The notes below the pieces were generated by a model. The model did not search any database. It was not told where the DNA came from and worked only from the letters and a program-made list of their open reading frames with translations. From Marsupella aquatica (Eukaryota; Plantae; Marchantiophyta), in NCBI GenBank assembly GCA_973895155.1, contig OZ316894.1, forward strand, positions 13,184,828-13,248,827: a stretch of DNA of 64,000 nucleotides, read 5' to 3'. Shown piece by piece: positions 62,701 through 64,000 of the stretch (positions are counted from its first letter, which is position 1; the number at the start of each line of letters is the position of its first letter). The translations under genes were made by a program, and so were the position numbers.

Positions 62701-64000
62701 CGATCCTTCTTGGGCTGCGTAGGGTATTACCGTCGGTTCATTAAAGATTTTGCTAAAATAGCTTTGCCCCTAACAGAGATGATGAAAAAGGATGCGGTGA
62801 TCGAGGAGACCCCAAGGAGACGGGTTGCTTTCGAAGAACTCCGTAAAAGACTCACCACCGCACCCATCATGGTCACTCCAAACTAGAACAAGGAGTTCCA
62901 CGTGTATGTCGACGTGTCAGGGTTCTGTATCAGGTCTGTTCTTAGTCAGCTTGATACAGACGGACGCGATCACCCCATCTACTTCGCTAGCCGACAATTA
63001 TTCACAGCCGAAAAAAATTATTCCCCCACGGATCGAGAGGCACTGGGCATAATCTACTCATGTAAGAAGTTCCAGCACTATCTGCTCGGCTACAAGGTCA
63101 TCTTCCACACGGATCACGACAGCCTGAAGTACATGGTCAACAAAGCAGACGTAACGGGATGGATAGCCCGTTGGGTGCTACTTCTCCAGGAATTTAACTA
63201 CGAAGTTCGGGTTCGGCCAGGAAAGGCACACCTCAATGCCGACTTCTTTTCACGGCTGGACGGCGTACTAGTCGATCAGCCAATTGATGATATTTTTTCG
63301 GATGAGGAGTTGTTCCACGTAGGGGAGGGGACACCAACGTGGTACGGCTCGATAATCACCTTCCTTTTAACAGGCTGCATCCCTGACGGCATCAATCAGG
63401 AGGCCGCCGCTGTGTTTCTACGGAAAGCCGAGCCTTACGTCATGGTACAGGGTCACCTACATAAGGAAGGAGTTAATGGGAAGTTACGACGCTGCTTGGA
63501 GTATAAGGAGACGCTTATCGTGATGCGGGCCTTGCATGAAGAAGAAGCTAGAGGCCATTTCGCGGCGGTCACGACAGCCCGAAAGATTCTGGACTCGGGG
63601 TATTGGTGGCCAACGTTGCATCGGGATGTACAACGCTTCATTAAGGGCTGTGACCTGTGTCAGCGGGCTGGGGCCCCGAGACGGGCTCATCATCACCCGC
63701 TCACATCTGTGCTCCCATTGGCACCATTCGAAAAATGGGGAATTGATTATATCGGGCCGTTTACTCCCGTTACCCGAAGGCGAAGATGCAGGTACATCCT
63801 ACTAGCTATTGATTACTCCACCAAGTGGGTCGAAGCACGGGCTACGGTAAAGGACGATGCCGCAACCAATGCCAGATTCTTATACAAACAGATTTTCACC
63901 CGATTCGGCCCGCCCTTAGAATTGGTAAGCAACCGTGGAACCCACTTCCTCAATGACACCGTAGCCCAGCTTACGGAGTGTTACCTAGTCAAGCACCGCA
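59797..64000 (+). pseudogene. pol: Nucleocapsid-protease-RT-RNase H-integrase polyprotein with in-frame stops
   Basis: Three CCHC knuckles; LVDGGAGVNIM; DYRKLN, LDGYSGYNQI, FIDD; RNase H FHVYVDVSG after TAG 62884; integrase GYWWPTLHRDV..CDLCQ, PFEKWGIDYIGP. Confidence 0.93.

Larger units (their letters stand above)
54955..64000 (+). mobile_element. Ty3/Gypsy LTR retrotransposon, family A (non-chromoviral, Athila/Phygy/Selgy-like), running off the window
   Basis: 5' LTR 54955-58559, PBS, gag, then PR-RT-RH-INT order. Confidence 0.95.

Overview
This window is eukaryotic nuclear DNA, made almost entirely of nested, decaying transposable elements; I found no host gene I could support. It carries spliceosomal introns and TTTAGGG repeats, and the element types suggest a non-seed land plant (inference). 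Contents: (i) Two families of very long (3.6-4 kb) Ty3/Gypsy-type LTRs. Family A has two solo LTRs and the 5' LTR of a gag-pol element; family B has one solo LTR and one copy cut by the window edge. Each LTR carries its own long protein-coding ORF inside it, and the A and B proteins are homologous. (ii) A family of Mutator-like (MULE) DNA transposons with 9-bp TSDs and asymmetric ends: a MITE, a 4-kb non-autonomous copy with a 116-bp tandem array, and two large nested elements. The first large element encodes a GCM/WRKY-DDE-SWIM transposase and, divergently, a ParB/Srx-like plus N4/N6 DNA-methyltransferase-fold gene, and it is studded with the palindrome TAGCGCC-N-GGCGCTA. The second has a diverged paralog and a different palindrome (TAGCGAGCTCGCTA). 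(iii) Three L1-clade LINEs, one split by a ~7.3-kb inversion. (iv) Two Copia remnants (one Bianca-like), a third long LTR with a gag remnant, and a CACTA-like end. The best candidates for undescribed biology are the MULE-borne ParB-methylase-fold protein with its cognate palindrome arrays and the LTR-encoded protein family. All domain calls are by-eye motif recognition, not database searches.
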